Source: Pyrinomonadaceae bacterium
GTDB lineage: Bacteria > Acidobacteriota > Blastocatellia > Pyrinomonadales > Pyrinomonadaceae
Length of the DNA stretch: 36,786 nt
Direction of reading: 5' to 3'
Assembly: GCA_036009085.1 (NCBI GenBank)
Contig: DASYMM010000615.1
Coordinates: 1 to 36,786 of the forward strand
This document shows positions 15,942 to 25,217 of this stretch, piece after piece (the first letter of the stretch is position 1; every line of letters starts with the position of its first letter). A model generated the notes under the pieces. It had not been told where the DNA came from, did no database searches, and worked only from the letters and a program-made list of their open reading frames with translations. Position numbers and translations under genes: made by a program.

Positions 15942-15956
15942 ACGCCGAACTTGTTC

Positions 15957-16976
15957 TTAACCGACGGGCGCGGGCGCGATCACTTCATGGATGGCGCGCA
16001 CCTCCGTCACGAGTTGTTCGTACTGTTCGAGCGTGAGCGCTTGCGCGCCGTCCGAGAGCGCGCGTTCCGGTTGGTCGTGCACTTCGATGATCAGACCGTC
16101 TGCTCCGGTGGCGACCCCGGCGCGCGCGAGCGGCGTGACCATGTAATTCTTGCCCGTGCCGTGCGAGGGGTCTATGACGACGGGGAGATGCGAGAGGCGG
16201 CGCACGGCGGGGATGGCCGCGAGGTCGAGCGTGTTGCGCGTGTGCTGCGCGAAGGTGCGTATGCCGCGTTCGCACAGGACGACGTTGTAGTTGCCCTCGG
16301 CCATGATGTACTCGGCGGCGAGCAGCCATTCGTCGAGCGTGGCGGCGAGCCCGCGTTTGAGCAGGACGGGCAAGGGCGAGCGTCCCGCGCGTTTGAGCAG
16401 CGAGAAGTTTTGCATGTTGCGCGCGCCGAGTTGGATCACGTCGCCGTAGCGTTCGACGAGGTCAACGCCGTGTTCGTCCAACGCTTCGGTCACGATCTTC
16501 AACCCGTAGGCTTCGCGCACGTCGGCGAGAATCTTCAAGCCCTCTTCGCCGAGTCCCTGAAAAGCGTAGGGCGAGGTGCGCGGTTTGTACGCGCCGCCGC
16601 GAAAGAAACGCGCGCCGCTGCGGCGGACGGTTTCGGCAATGGCAAACGCCTGCGCGCGGCTTTCGATGGCGCAAGGCCCGGCGATGAGCGCGAGTTCATC
16701 GCCGCCGATGGCCGCATCGCCGACGCGCACCACCGTCTTCTCCGGTTTCAAATCGAGCGAGATCAGCTTATAGGGCTTCGTGACGCGAATCGCTTCGGCC
16801 ACGCCCGACATCGTTTCAAAGCGCGTGGCATCAACCGCGCCCTGATTGCCCGTCACGCCGATGGCCGTGCGATTCGCTCCCGGCAGCGGGTGCGCCCTCA
16901 ATCCAAGTTCCGACACGACGCGGACAACTTCTGCGACATCGTGCTCCGTCGCGTCGGCTTTCATCACAATCAGCAT
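15957..16976 (-). CDS. aroF: 3-deoxy-7-phosphoheptulonate (DAHP) synthase, type I-beta with N-terminal ferredoxin-like regulatory domain
   Basis: [14 protein letters not shown] (regulatory domain), [37 protein letters not shown] at 16976 preceded by GGAG. Confidence 0.88.
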   Translation of the reverse strand: MLIVMKADATEHDVAEVVRVVSELGLRAHPLPGANRTAIGVTGNQGAVDATRFETMSGVAEAIRVTKPYKLISLDLKPEKTVVRVGDAAIGGDELALIAGPCAIESRAQAFAIAETVRRSGARFFRGGAYKPRTSPYAFQGLGEEGLKILADVREAYGLKIVTEALDEHGVDLVERYGDVIQLGARNMQNFSLLKRAGRSPLPVLLKRGLAATLDEWLLAAEYIMAEGNYNVVLCERGIRTFAQHTRNTLDLAAIPAVRRLSHLPVVIDPSHGTGKNYMVTPLARAGVATGADGLIIEVHDQPERALSDGAQALTLEQYEQLVTEVRAIHEVIAPAPVG

Positions 16977-16990
16977 AAGAAATCTCCAAA

Positions 16991-17206
16991 GTGACAATAA
17001 AACAGTGACGAGTGACAGGTGACGAGTGACGAGTTAAAGAAAAGATTTCAGCCACTTGATCCTTCAAGGTCTTCTTTGCGTCTGTGCGCCTTTGCGTGAG
17101 AATAGTTTTTCACGCAAAGGCGCACAGACGCAAAGAAAGACAGGAAGAAGTTTTGCCACGCACACTGAGTTTAAACTCGTCACTCGTCACTTGTCACTCG
17201 TCACTG
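16991..17206. repeat. GTGACNA-family palindrome, copy 2, composite: outer arms flank a nested TTTGCGC-family hairpin
   Basis: Outer arms are cagtgacgagtgacaggtgacgagtgacgagtt (17003-17035, with an extra gtgacaa at 16991) and aaactcgtcactcgtcacttgtcactcgtcactg (17173-17206). Confidence 0.9.
17072..17137. repeat. Perfect 27-28 bp hairpin of the TTTGCGC family, nested in the loop of the element above
   Basis: tctttgcgtctgtgcgcctttgcgtga (17073-17099) is the exact reverse complement of tcacgcaaaggcgcacagacgcaaaga (17110-17136). Loop is gaatagtttt. Confidence 0.92.
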
Positions 17207-17209
17207 TCT

Positions 17210-19282
17210 TCACATTCTTTCGGGAACCGAGATGCCGAGCACAGAGAGCGCGGCGGTTAGTTGGCGACGTGCAAGGTCGGCGATGTTGACGAGCACGGCG
17301 CGGCGCGTTTCGTTCTCTTCGGCGATGATGCGGTGGCGGTGGTAGAAGAGGTTGAAAGCCTTCGCGAGTTGGAAAGTGTATTTTGCCAGATAGGCGGGTT
17401 CGGCTTGCGTCGCGGCCACGGCGACGGTTTCGTCCAGACGCGCCGCGAGCGTGACGAGCGACCACAGTTCGTCGCCCGTCTCGCCCGTTAAAATCTGCCG
17501 GACTTCTTCCGCGCCCGTCTCCGTCTCATTCAACTTCAAAGCGAAGTCGCGCGCACGCTCGAACGTCGCCTCGTCCAGCTTGCGGAAGATTGAGTTGGCG
17601 CGCACGGCTGCATACTGGCAATAAGGGCCGGTTTCGCCCTCGAACGAAAGAGCCTCTTTGAAATCGAAAGCGATGAGCGAATTGCGCGTCCACTTCAAGA
17701 GAAAGTAGCGGAGCGCGCCCGTGGCAATCGTGTGCGCCGTCTCAAGCTTTTCGGCGGCGGTCAGTTCGGCGTGGCGCGATTCAACCTCGCGCAGCGCGTT
17801 TGCTTCCAGACGATCAATGAGGTCGTCAACTTTAACGCCCAGACCTTTGCGCCCGCTCATCTCGATGTGCGGGCGGGCGCGGTCTTCCGGCGTCAACTCG
17901 AAGCCCAACTCTTCCGATGCAGCGGGCGACAACGCGACCATCTCATAGGAGAGATGCACGCTCGGCTCGCGCGCGAGTCCGGGCACGACGGCCTGCACGC
18001 CGCGCTGCACGATGTCCTGCGTGTACGACTGGCGCGAATCAATCACGTTATAGACGACGCTCCCGCCGCCGAACCTCGGCGGCTGATTCGCCACCATCGC
18101 TTCGGCGGTGGGCGGCGAAGAGGTCGTCACCCAGACGGTGTGGCCGTCGTCGTATTGCTGAAACGGCTTGTAGTAGAAATCGAGTCCGAGTTCGCCGAGC
18201 TTCCAGAGTTGATAGGCGATGTCTTTGCCCGCGTAAGTGACCGTGCCGTTCGAGCGGACGATGATCTTGTCTGCGTCGTGCTCGTCGGTTCCGGTGTGCG
18301 CGTCGGAAGGCATCACCCAGCAGCCTGCGTTGCGGCCTTCGGTCTCGAAGCGAATCGTGCCGGTCTCTTTGAGCCGCGTGAAGGCTTGATCCCAGAAATG
18401 CAGGTGGAGGATTTCGGATTCGCGCGGCAACACGTCGTAGCGTATGCCGAGCCGCGCCATCGTCTTCAAGTGGCACTGGACGATGCGCGTGGCGACGTAA
18501 TCGGCGAGTTCCGCCGTCGGGTTCGCGCCCGCTTCGACGGCGTGCAGCGTCTCGCTACGCAGTTTCAAAAGCTCCGGGTCTTCTTTGGCCTCGGCGTCGC
18601 CGTGGCGATAGAAGAGTCCGACACTCGCGTACAAATCCCAACAGTAATAATCGAACGGACGCTCGGGCGGGAGCGACTCGTCCAGACGGCGCACATCTTC
18701 GAGCGTCATGCGTTCGATGTGCATGAAGCCGACGACGACATCAGCGACCTGCACGCCCGTGTTGTCAATATAATTTTGCACTTCGACCGGCGCGCCCGTC
18801 GCGCGCAGCACGCGCACGAAGGTATCGCCGAGCACGGCGTTGCGCATGTGTCCGATGTGCGCCGCCTTGTTCGGATTGATGTTCGTGTGCTCGACGATGA
18901 CTTTCGACTTCTCGCCCGCGCCCGTCGCGTCGGCCTGTTGGTGTTCGAGACTTGCGTTCGAGGCGGCGACGAGGTGTTGCAAACTTTTGGCGCGATCATA
19001 AAAGACGTTGAGATAGCCCGCGCCCGCCACTTCGACGCGCGCCACGCCCTCTTCCGCTTCGAGCGCGGCCTTCAACGCTTCGGCGATGGCGCGCGGGTTG
19101 GCGCGCTCCCCGCGCTCCTGTTTGAGTCGCTTCGCCACCTCGAAGGCGACGGGGAAGGCTATGTCGCCGAGTTCGGTGCGCGGCGGTATCTCGCCGTTAA
19201 CGGTCGGAAACGAAACGAACTTCTCTTCAATCGTGCGCTGCACGCGCGCGCTCAATCTTTGTTGCAATTCAAGCAGATTCAA
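17210..19282 (-). CDS. argS: Arginine--tRNA ligase (long form, 690 aa)
   Basis: HIGH-type motif NKAAHIGHMRN. C-terminal DALR-type anticodon-binding region ending in the family-typical ...PERM. Apparent TTG start at 19282. Confidence 0.9.
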   Translation of the reverse strand: MNLLELQQRLSARVQRTIEEKFVSFPTVNGEIPPRTELGDIAFPVAFEVAKRLKQERGERANPRAIAEALKAALEAEEGVARVEVAGAGYLNVFYDRAKSLQHLVAASNASLEHQQADATGAGEKSKVIVEHTNINPNKAAHIGHMRNAVLGDTFVRVLRATGAPVEVQNYIDNTGVQVADVVVGFMHIERMTLEDVRRLDESLPPERPFDYYCWDLYASVGLFYRHGDAEAKEDPELLKLRSETLHAVEAGANPTAELADYVATRIVQCHLKTMARLGIRYDVLPRESEILHLHFWDQAFTRLKETGTIRFETEGRNAGCWVMPSDAHTGTDEHDADKIIVRSNGTVTYAGKDIAYQLWKLGELGLDFYYKPFQQYDDGHTVWVTTSSPPTAEAMVANQPPRFGGGSVVYNVIDSRQSYTQDIVQRGVQAVVPGLAREPSVHLSYEMVALSPAASEELGFELTPEDRARPHIEMSGRKGLGVKVDDLIDRLEANALREVESRHAELTAAEKLETAHTIATGALRYFLLKWTRNSLIAFDFKEALSFEGETGPYCQYAAVRANSIFRKLDEATFERARDFALKLNETETGAEEVRQILTGETGDELWSLVTLAARLDETVAVAATQAEPAYLAKYTFQLAKAFNLFYHRHRIIAEENETRRAVLVNIADLARRQLTAALSVLGISVPERM

Positions 19283-19472
19283 TGATGCGTGTGTCCTTCT
19301 CTCGCGTGTTTGACGGCGGCGACGCGAACACTGTTGCGGACTTTACGGAGCCATCCGCGCGCCACTCGAAAAGAGGGAAGTATAGCGCGAGCGCGTTGAG
19401 AGTGGCTAATCGCGCCGAAACCTCGCTTGACACTTCGTCGGTCGCCTCTGCTACCATCGCCGCCTGATTCCG

Positions 19473-20228
19473 ATGCCGACACAGACTGATCCAGCTTTGC
19501 TCAGAGAGTTGCGCGAGCGACTCCGGGGCGCGCGCCGCGTCTTTGTTTTGACGGGCGCGGGCGTGTCCGCCGAGAGCGGCGTGCCGACGTTTCGCGGCGG
19601 CGGCGACTCCGCGATCTGGAAGGGCATGCCCTTCGACGTGATCTCGTCCGCGGGGATGCTCGCGCGCGATCTGGCCGCCGTCTGGGAATGGTTCGACTAT
19701 CGCCGCAAACTGCTCCGCGACTTGCAGCCGAATCCGGCGCATCGCACGCTCGCCGCTTGGCAGGACAAGTTCGCGCACTTTCGTCTCGCCACGCAGAACG
19801 TTGACGGCCTGCACGCGGCGGCCGGTTCGCGCGACGTGCTCGAACTCCACGGCAGCATCTGGGCTGCGCGCTGTACGAAGTGCGGAGCGCGCGAGTCTTT
19901 ACATGATGAGCGCGTGGAAGGCGAACTCGGACGGCCGCCCATCTGCCGCGCGTGCGGCAACGCGATGCGCCCCGACGTGGTCTTGTTCGGCGAACTGTTG
20001 CCCGCGGGAGTCTTTGAACAGGCGGCGGAGGACGCGGCGAGTTGTGATCTCTGTTTCGTCATCGGCACTTCGTCGCTCGTCTATCCGGCGATGCGCCTGC
20101 CGGAGATCGCGCTCGAAGCGGGCGCATACACCGTGGAGATCAACCCGGAAGCGACGCCCTTCTCCAAGCGCGCGAACGCGGCGATTCAAGGGCGCGCGGG
20201 CGACGTGTTGCCCCAACTGGAATTTTAA
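19473..20228 (+). CDS. cobB: NAD-dependent protein deacylase, Sir2 family
   Basis: Motifs GAGVSAESGVPTFRG and QNVDGLH. Zn-binding cysteine pairs CTKCG ... CRACG. Confidence 0.9.
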   Translation: MPTQTDPALLRELRERLRGARRVFVLTGAGVSAESGVPTFRGGGDSAIWKGMPFDVISSAGMLARDLAAVWEWFDYRRKLLRDLQPNPAHRTLAAWQDKFAHFRLATQNVDGLHAAAGSRDVLELHGSIWAARCTKCGARESLHDERVEGELGRPPICRACGNAMRPDVVLFGELLPAGVFEQAAEDAASCDLCFVIGTSSLVYPAMRLPEIALEAGAYTVEINPEATPFSKRANAAIQGRAGDVLPQLEF

Positions 20229-21464
20229 ATGCGGACACTCTATTTCGATTGCTTTGCCGGAGCGAGCGGCGACATGATCCTCGGCGCACTCGTCGCCGCC
20301 GGAGCGGACGCGCGCGCCCTCCGGGAGCAACTCGTGCTGCTCGATGTCTCAGACTTTGAAGTCGGGTTCGAGACGGTTGACCGTTCGGGCATCAGCGCGA
20401 CGCACGCGCGCGTCCGCACAGTTGACGAGAGACAGCATCGCCACCTGAGCGCAATTCTCAAGATCATCGCGGAGTCGCGTTTGAGCGCGGCGGTCAAGTC
20501 GCGCGCCTCGCGCATCTTCGAGCGTTTGGGCGAAGCGGAAGCGCGCGTGCATAACGTGCCGGTCGAGCGGATTCACTTCCACGAGGTCGGCGCGATGGAT
20601 GCGATCATTGATGTCGTCGGCGCGTGCATCGGGTTTGAACTGCTCGCGATTGAACGCTTCGTCTCGTCGCCGCTGCACGTCGGGAGCGGCACGGTCGAGA
20701 TGGCGCACGGGCGTTTTCCCGTCCCGCCTCCCGCCGTCACGGAACTACTGCGAGACGCGCCCATCTATGCGACGGACATCAAGGGCGAACTCGTCACGCC
20801 GACGGGCGCGGCGATCATCTCGACGGTGTGCGCGGAGTTCGGTGCGCTGCCGCGTATGCGCGTCGCCGCGACGGGATACGGGGCGGGCACGCGCGAGTAC
20901 AAAGATTTCCCGAACGTGCTGCGCGTGCTCGTCGGCGAGTCGGACGAAGCCGCGGCGACGGACGAATCCGTAGCGGCGACGCACAGCGAAAAACTTTTAA
21001 TGATCGAGACGAATCTCGACGACACGACGCCGCAAGTTCTCGGCTACGTGTTGGAGCGCGCGTTCTCGCTCGGCGCGCTCGATTGTTTCCTGACGCCCGT
21101 GCAGATGAAGAAGAATCGTCCCGGCACGCTCGTCTCGATCCTGTGCCGTCCCGCCGAACAAGAAACTCTAACGGGGTTGCTCTTTGATGAGACGACGACG
21201 CTCGGCGTCAGAAGTTATGAAGTCGTGCGACGCGCGCTCGAAAGGGAGTTTGTGAGCGTCGAAACTGAGTTCGGGGCGATCAGTGTTAAGGTGGCGCGCG
21301 CAGAAGGCGGGCGTGTGAGCAACGTCGCGCCGGAGTTTGAAGATTGCCGCGCGGCGGCTCTCGGTGCGGGCGTGCCGCTCTACGTGGTTGAGCGCGCGGC
21401 GCGTGCGGCATTCGATAAGGTATCGGCGGGTGAGAAGGAAAAAGATGAAAGCGAAAGAAGTTGA
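20229..21464 (+). CDS. larC: Nickel-pincer cofactor biosynthesis protein LarC (DUF111 family)
   Basis: N-terminal [17 protein letters not shown] and [16 protein letters not shown]. The ATG directly abuts the cobB stop (TAAATG). Confidence 0.85.
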   Translation: MRTLYFDCFAGASGDMILGALVAAGADARALREQLVLLDVSDFEVGFETVDRSGISATHARVRTVDERQHRHLSAILKIIAESRLSAAVKSRASRIFERLGEAEARVHNVPVERIHFHEVGAMDAIIDVVGACIGFELLAIERFVSSPLHVGSGTVEMAHGRFPVPPPAVTELLRDAPIYATDIKGELVTPTGAAIISTVCAEFGALPRMRVAATGYGAGTREYKDFPNVLRVLVGESDEAAATDESVAATHSEKLLMIETNLDDTTPQVLGYVLERAFSLGALDCFLTPVQMKKNRPGTLVSILCRPAEQETLTGLLFDETTTLGVRSYEVVRRALEREFVSVETEFGAISVKVARAEGGRVSNVAPEFEDCRAAALGAGVPLYVVERAARAAFDKVSAGEKEKDESERS

Positions 21465-22026
21465 TCTCAAGAAGATCGGCGAAGGCGTGCGGCTCATTCT
21501 GGAAGGCATCGGCGAAGACCCGGAGCGCGCCGGGTTGCAGCGCACGCCGCAACGCGTCGCGGAGATGTACGCGGAACTGACCGCAGGGATGCGCGAAGAC
21601 CCGCGCGCGCACGTCACGCCGCTGCCGGGCGACTCGCACGACGAGTTGGTGATCGTCAAAGATATTCATATCGCTTCGATCTGCGAACATCATCTCGCGC
21701 CGTTCGTCGGGCGTTGCCACATCGCCTACATTCCGAAAGGCGGGCGCATCCTCGGCCTCTCGAAACTGGCGCGGCTGGCCGACGCCTTCGCGCATCGCTT
21801 GCAGGTGCAGGAACGTCTCACGTCCGAGATCGCCGACACGCTCTTCGACGGCCTCGAACCGCTCGGCGTGATGGTCGTCATCGAAGCCGAACACACGTGC
21901 ATGACTCTGCGCGGCGTCAAAAAACCGGGCGCGCTCACGATCACCTCCGCCATACGCGGCGCGTTTCGCAAAGACCCGCGCACGCGCGCCGAAGCCATGT
22001 CGCTCATTCAAGGCCACAGAGCGTAA
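21445..22026 (+). CDS. folE: GTP cyclohydrolase I
   Basis: Motifs [36 protein letters not shown] at 21445 preceded by GAGAAGGAAAAAG. Overlaps the larC end by 20 nt. Confidence 0.9.
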   Translation: MKAKEVDLKKIGEGVRLILEGIGEDPERAGLQRTPQRVAEMYAELTAGMREDPRAHVTPLPGDSHDELVIVKDIHIASICEHHLAPFVGRCHIAYIPKGGRILGLSKLARLADAFAHRLQVQERLTSEIADTLFDGLEPLGVMVVIEAEHTCMTLRGVKKPGALTITSAIRGAFRKDPRTRAEAMSLIQGHRA

Positions 22027-22067
22027 AGCGCAAATTGACTAAGAGGGCGTGACAAAATTACAACCTG

Positions 22068-22098
22068 TTTACGATTTGCGATTCAAGATTTACGATTC
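22068..22098. repeat. Half-element (one arm only) of the TTNACGA family directly upstream of the metG start
   Basis: tttacga tttgcga ttcaaga tttacga ttc. This is the same unit series as the right arms at 26056-26086 and 36265-36296. No matching left arm was seen. Confidence 0.65.
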
Positions 22099-22105
22099 TT
22101 TAGTT

Positions 22106-24295
22106 ATGAAAACTTTTTACGTCACGACGCCGATTTATTACGCCAACAGTTTGCCGCATCTGGGTCACCTCTACACGACGATGGTGGCCGATTGCGTGGC
22201 GCGCTACCGGCGACAGCGCGGCTATGAAACCTATTTCCTGACCGGCACGGACGAGCACGGCATCAACGTCCAACGCGCCGCCGCGCGCAGCGGGCGCACG
22301 CCGAAAGAGCACGTGGATTATATCGTCGGCGAGTTGAAGCAGAGCTTCGCCGCCTTCGGACTCGACGGCGAGCACGGCGGCTACGACATCTTCATGCGCA
22401 CGACCGAGCCTTTTCATTATGAAGCCGTCGCAGAGTTCTGGCGTCGGGTCGCGCGCGGCACCACGCCGAAAGGGCGCGAGGCGATCTACAAAGGCCACTA
22501 CGAAGGCTGGTTCTGCGCGCCGTGCGCGACGTTCAAGACGGAGGACGAATACGCGAAGCCGGAACGCGAAGGCGACCCGCCGCTCTGCCTGATCCACGAA
22601 GCCCCGCTCGACCGCGTGGCGGAAGAGAGCTATTTCTTCCGTCTCTCCGATTACGGAGAAGCGTTGCTCGCGCTCTACGAGTCGCGGCCTGATTTCGTGC
22701 GCCCCGAGGCGCGTCGCAACGAGGTCGTCAGTTTTGTGACGCGCGGCTTGCAAGACTTATCCGTGAGTCGTCTGAAAACTTCCGTCAGTTGGGCGATCCC
22801 CGTGCCGGACGACCCGGCGCACACGATCTACATCTGGCTCGACGCGCTCTCGAACTACATCACCGCACTCGGCTGGGGAAGCGCGGAAGGCTTGCGCGAA
22901 AACATCTTCGATAAATTCTGGCCGGGCGTCCACCTGATCGGCAAAGACATCCTGCGCCAGCACGCGATCTACTGGCCTGCGTTTCTCATGGCTGCCGGAA
23001 TCGAACAGCCGCGCGCCGTCATCGCGCACGGGACGTGGCTCGATCATCTGGGGCGCAAGATGTCGAAGACGCTCGGCAACTCGATTGACTTGCCCACGCT
23101 GCGTCGCCATTTCGCGCCCGACATCGTGCGCTACTTTTCCCTGCGCGAGATGGCCTTCGGGCAGGACAGCAAGTTCGGTTACGAAGCCCTCATTGATCGC
23201 TCGAACAGCGATTTAGCGAGCGGCCTCGGCAATCTATCGAGCCGCACCTTGACGATGATCGGGCGTTACTGCGACGGGCTGACGCCTGCGCCCGACATCC
23301 CGGAAGAGAAACGCTTGCAGGCCAAGCGCGCGGGCGTTGATGCGGACGGCGGGGAACTCGCCAGCGCGCTCGAACACGCGCGCGATTCCTTCATACAGCA
23401 TTTCGAGGATTATGCTTTCGGGCGCGCGCTCGAAACGGTCTGGACGGTCATCGCACGCGCCGACAAGATGATCTCGGACGCGAAGCCCTGGGAGCTAGCG
23501 AAAGATGAGACGCAGCGGCAGACCTTGAACGCCGTCCTCTATCGCGCCGCCGAAACGCTGCGCTGGCTCGCCGTCCTGCTCCATCCCGCGATGCCCGATG
23601 CGACGCGCGCCATCTGGCAGCAACTAGGGCAGACGGACGACATCACGAAACACGATCCGGCAAAACTTCGATGGGGAGGTCTTCGAGCGGGCGAGCGCAT
23701 CGGCGAAGTTGCGCCCGTCTTCCCGCGCATAGATAAAGCAAAAATTATGGCTGAGATAGAAAAAGAGAACGAAGCGAAACAGGCCGCGCAGGCTGAAACC
23801 ACGGCGACGCAAGCCGGAACACACGCGACCGAAGCCGACGCCGCGCCCGGTTCGGCACACGCTGCCGAGACGACGACGCCACCGCCGCAACGCGGCGCGA
23901 CCGAAGGCGATGCCGCGCCCGCCACGCAACAAAATGCGCCCGGAGGCCCTGAAGGTATTGTCACTTTGATCGGCATCGAGGATTTCGTCAAAGTCGAAAT
24001 GCGCGTCGGGGAGATACTGACCGCCGAGCGCATCCCGAAGTCGGACAAACTGCTGCGCTTCACGATTGACCTCGGCGAAGCCGCGCCGCGACAGGTGCTC
24101 GCCGGAATCGCCGAATACTACGAACCCGACGCGCTCGTCGGTCGCAAGATCATCGTGGTGTCGAATCTGAAACCGCGCAAACTTCGTGGCTTTGAATCTC
24201 AGGGCATGGTGCTCGCCGCCTCCATCGGCGACGAAGGCCGCCCCGTCCTCGCCACCTTCAACGAAGACGTGCCGAACGGAGCGCGCTTGAAATAG
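22106..24295 (+). CDS. metG: Methionine--tRNA ligase with C-terminal tRNA-binding (Trbp111/EMAP-like) domain
   Basis: MKTFYVTTPIYYANSLPHLGHLYT (HIGH motif) and KMSKTLGN (KMSKS motif). C-terminal FVKVEMRVGEILTAERIPKSDKLLRFTIDLG. Start at ATG 22106 rather than the ORF-track start at 22049. Confidence 0.92.
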   Translation: MKTFYVTTPIYYANSLPHLGHLYTTMVADCVARYRRQRGYETYFLTGTDEHGINVQRAAARSGRTPKEHVDYIVGELKQSFAAFGLDGEHGGYDIFMRTTEPFHYEAVAEFWRRVARGTTPKGREAIYKGHYEGWFCAPCATFKTEDEYAKPEREGDPPLCLIHEAPLDRVAEESYFFRLSDYGEALLALYESRPDFVRPEARRNEVVSFVTRGLQDLSVSRLKTSVSWAIPVPDDPAHTIYIWLDALSNYITALGWGSAEGLRENIFDKFWPGVHLIGKDILRQHAIYWPAFLMAAGIEQPRAVIAHGTWLDHLGRKMSKTLGNSIDLPTLRRHFAPDIVRYFSLREMAFGQDSKFGYEALIDRSNSDLASGLGNLSSRTLTMIGRYCDGLTPAPDIPEEKRLQAKRAGVDADGGELASALEHARDSFIQHFEDYAFGRALETVWTVIARADKMISDAKPWELAKDETQRQTLNAVLYRAAETLRWLAVLLHPAMPDATRAIWQQLGQTDDITKHDPAKLRWGGLRAGERIGEVAPVFPRIDKAKIMAEIEKENEAKQAAQAETTATQAGTHATEADAAPGSAHAAETTTPPPQRGATEGDAAPATQQNAPGGPEGIVTLIGIEDFVKVEMRVGEILTAERIPKSDKLLRFTIDLGEAAPRQVLAGIAEYYEPDALVGRKIIVVSNLKPRKLRGFESQGMVLAASIGDEGRPVLATFNEDVPNGARLK

Positions 24296-24410
24296 TGACA
24301 AGTGACGAGTGACAAGTGACGAGTGACAAGTGACAAGTTAAAAAGAAAACTTGTTCTTAAATTTATCTTCAACTCGTCACTTGTCACTCGTCACTCGTCA
24401 CTTGTCACTG
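24295..24410. repeat. GTGACNA-family palindrome, copy 3
   Basis: Six left heptamers (gtgacaa gtgacga gtgacaa gtgacga gtgacaa gtgacaa, 24295-24336). Inner mini-hairpin acaagtt/aacttgt. Right arm aactcgtcacttgtcactcgtcactcgtcacttgtcactg (24371-24410). Confidence 0.92.
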
Positions 24411-24417
24411 CCTTCTT

Positions 24418-25215
24418 ATGTTTATTGATTCACACGCGCACATTGACGGGGCGGAGTTTGATGCGGATCGCGACGAGGTGGTGGCGCGTGCGCGCGAGGC
24501 CGGGGTCGTGGCGATCTTGAACGTGGGGACGGGCGACCCGCACGGCGGCGAGTTGGAGCGTGCGGTCGCCGTGGCCGAACGTTACGAAGGCGTGTATGCG
24601 GCGGTTGGCGTGCACCCGCACGATGCGCGTCTGTTTGACGAGCGCGCGGCGGAGCGTGTCTATGAACTTGCGCAAAGTAGCGAGCGCGTCGTCGCGTGGG
24701 GCGAGATCGGGCTGGATTATCATTACGACAACTCGCCGCGCGAGGTGCAACGCGAAGTCTTCGCACGACAGTTGCGCCTCGCGCGCGAGTTGAACTTGCC
24801 TTGCATCATTCACTCGCGCGAGGCGGACGCGGACACGGTTGCGACGCTGCGCGCGGAGTGGGACGGCGCGACGCGGGGCGGCATCATGCACTGTTTCGGC
24901 GGCGGTTGGGAGATGGCCGCGAGCGTGTTGGAATTGGGATTTATGATTTCGTTCGCGGGCAACGTGACGTTTAAGAAGGCCGAAGCCTTGCGCGACGTGG
25001 CGCGGCGCGTGCCGCTCGAACGCATGTTGATCGAGACGGATTGCCCTTTTCACACGCCCGTCCCTTTTCGCGGGCGGCGCAACGAACCGGCGCGCGTCGT
25101 CGAAACCGCACGCCACCTGGCGGAATTGCGCGGCGTCGAGCTCGCGGAGTTTGGCCGGATCACGACGGGCAACTTTCAACGCTTCTTCAATCTTCCCTCA
25201 ACTGCCATCACTTAA
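24418..25215 (+). CDS. TatD-family metal-dependent hydrolase
   Basis: Motifs MFIDSHAHID, GEIGLDYHY, IIHSREA, ETDCPF. Confidence 0.88.
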   Translation: MFIDSHAHIDGAEFDADRDEVVARAREAGVVAILNVGTGDPHGGELERAVAVAERYEGVYAAVGVHPHDARLFDERAAERVYELAQSSERVVAWGEIGLDYHYDNSPREVQREVFARQLRLARELNLPCIIHSREADADTVATLRAEWDGATRGGIMHCFGGGWEMAASVLELGFMISFAGNVTFKKAEALRDVARRVPLERMLIETDCPFHTPVPFRGRRNEPARVVETARHLAELRGVELAEFGRITTGNFQRFFNLPSTAIT

Positions 25216-25217
25216 TC

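Noticed and set aside
19427-19457. Possible cobB promoter (TTGACA, then TGCTACCAT as an extended -10)
   Set aside because: The spacer is 19 nt and the promoter consensus of this lineage is unknown to me. It is noted but not reported as a feature.
24295-24410. CRISPR array interpretation of the GTGAC repeats
   Set aside because: The units are 7 nt and directly abutting with no spacers. The second half of each element is the reverse complement of the first. No cas genes are present. These are palindromic intergenic elements, not CRISPR.
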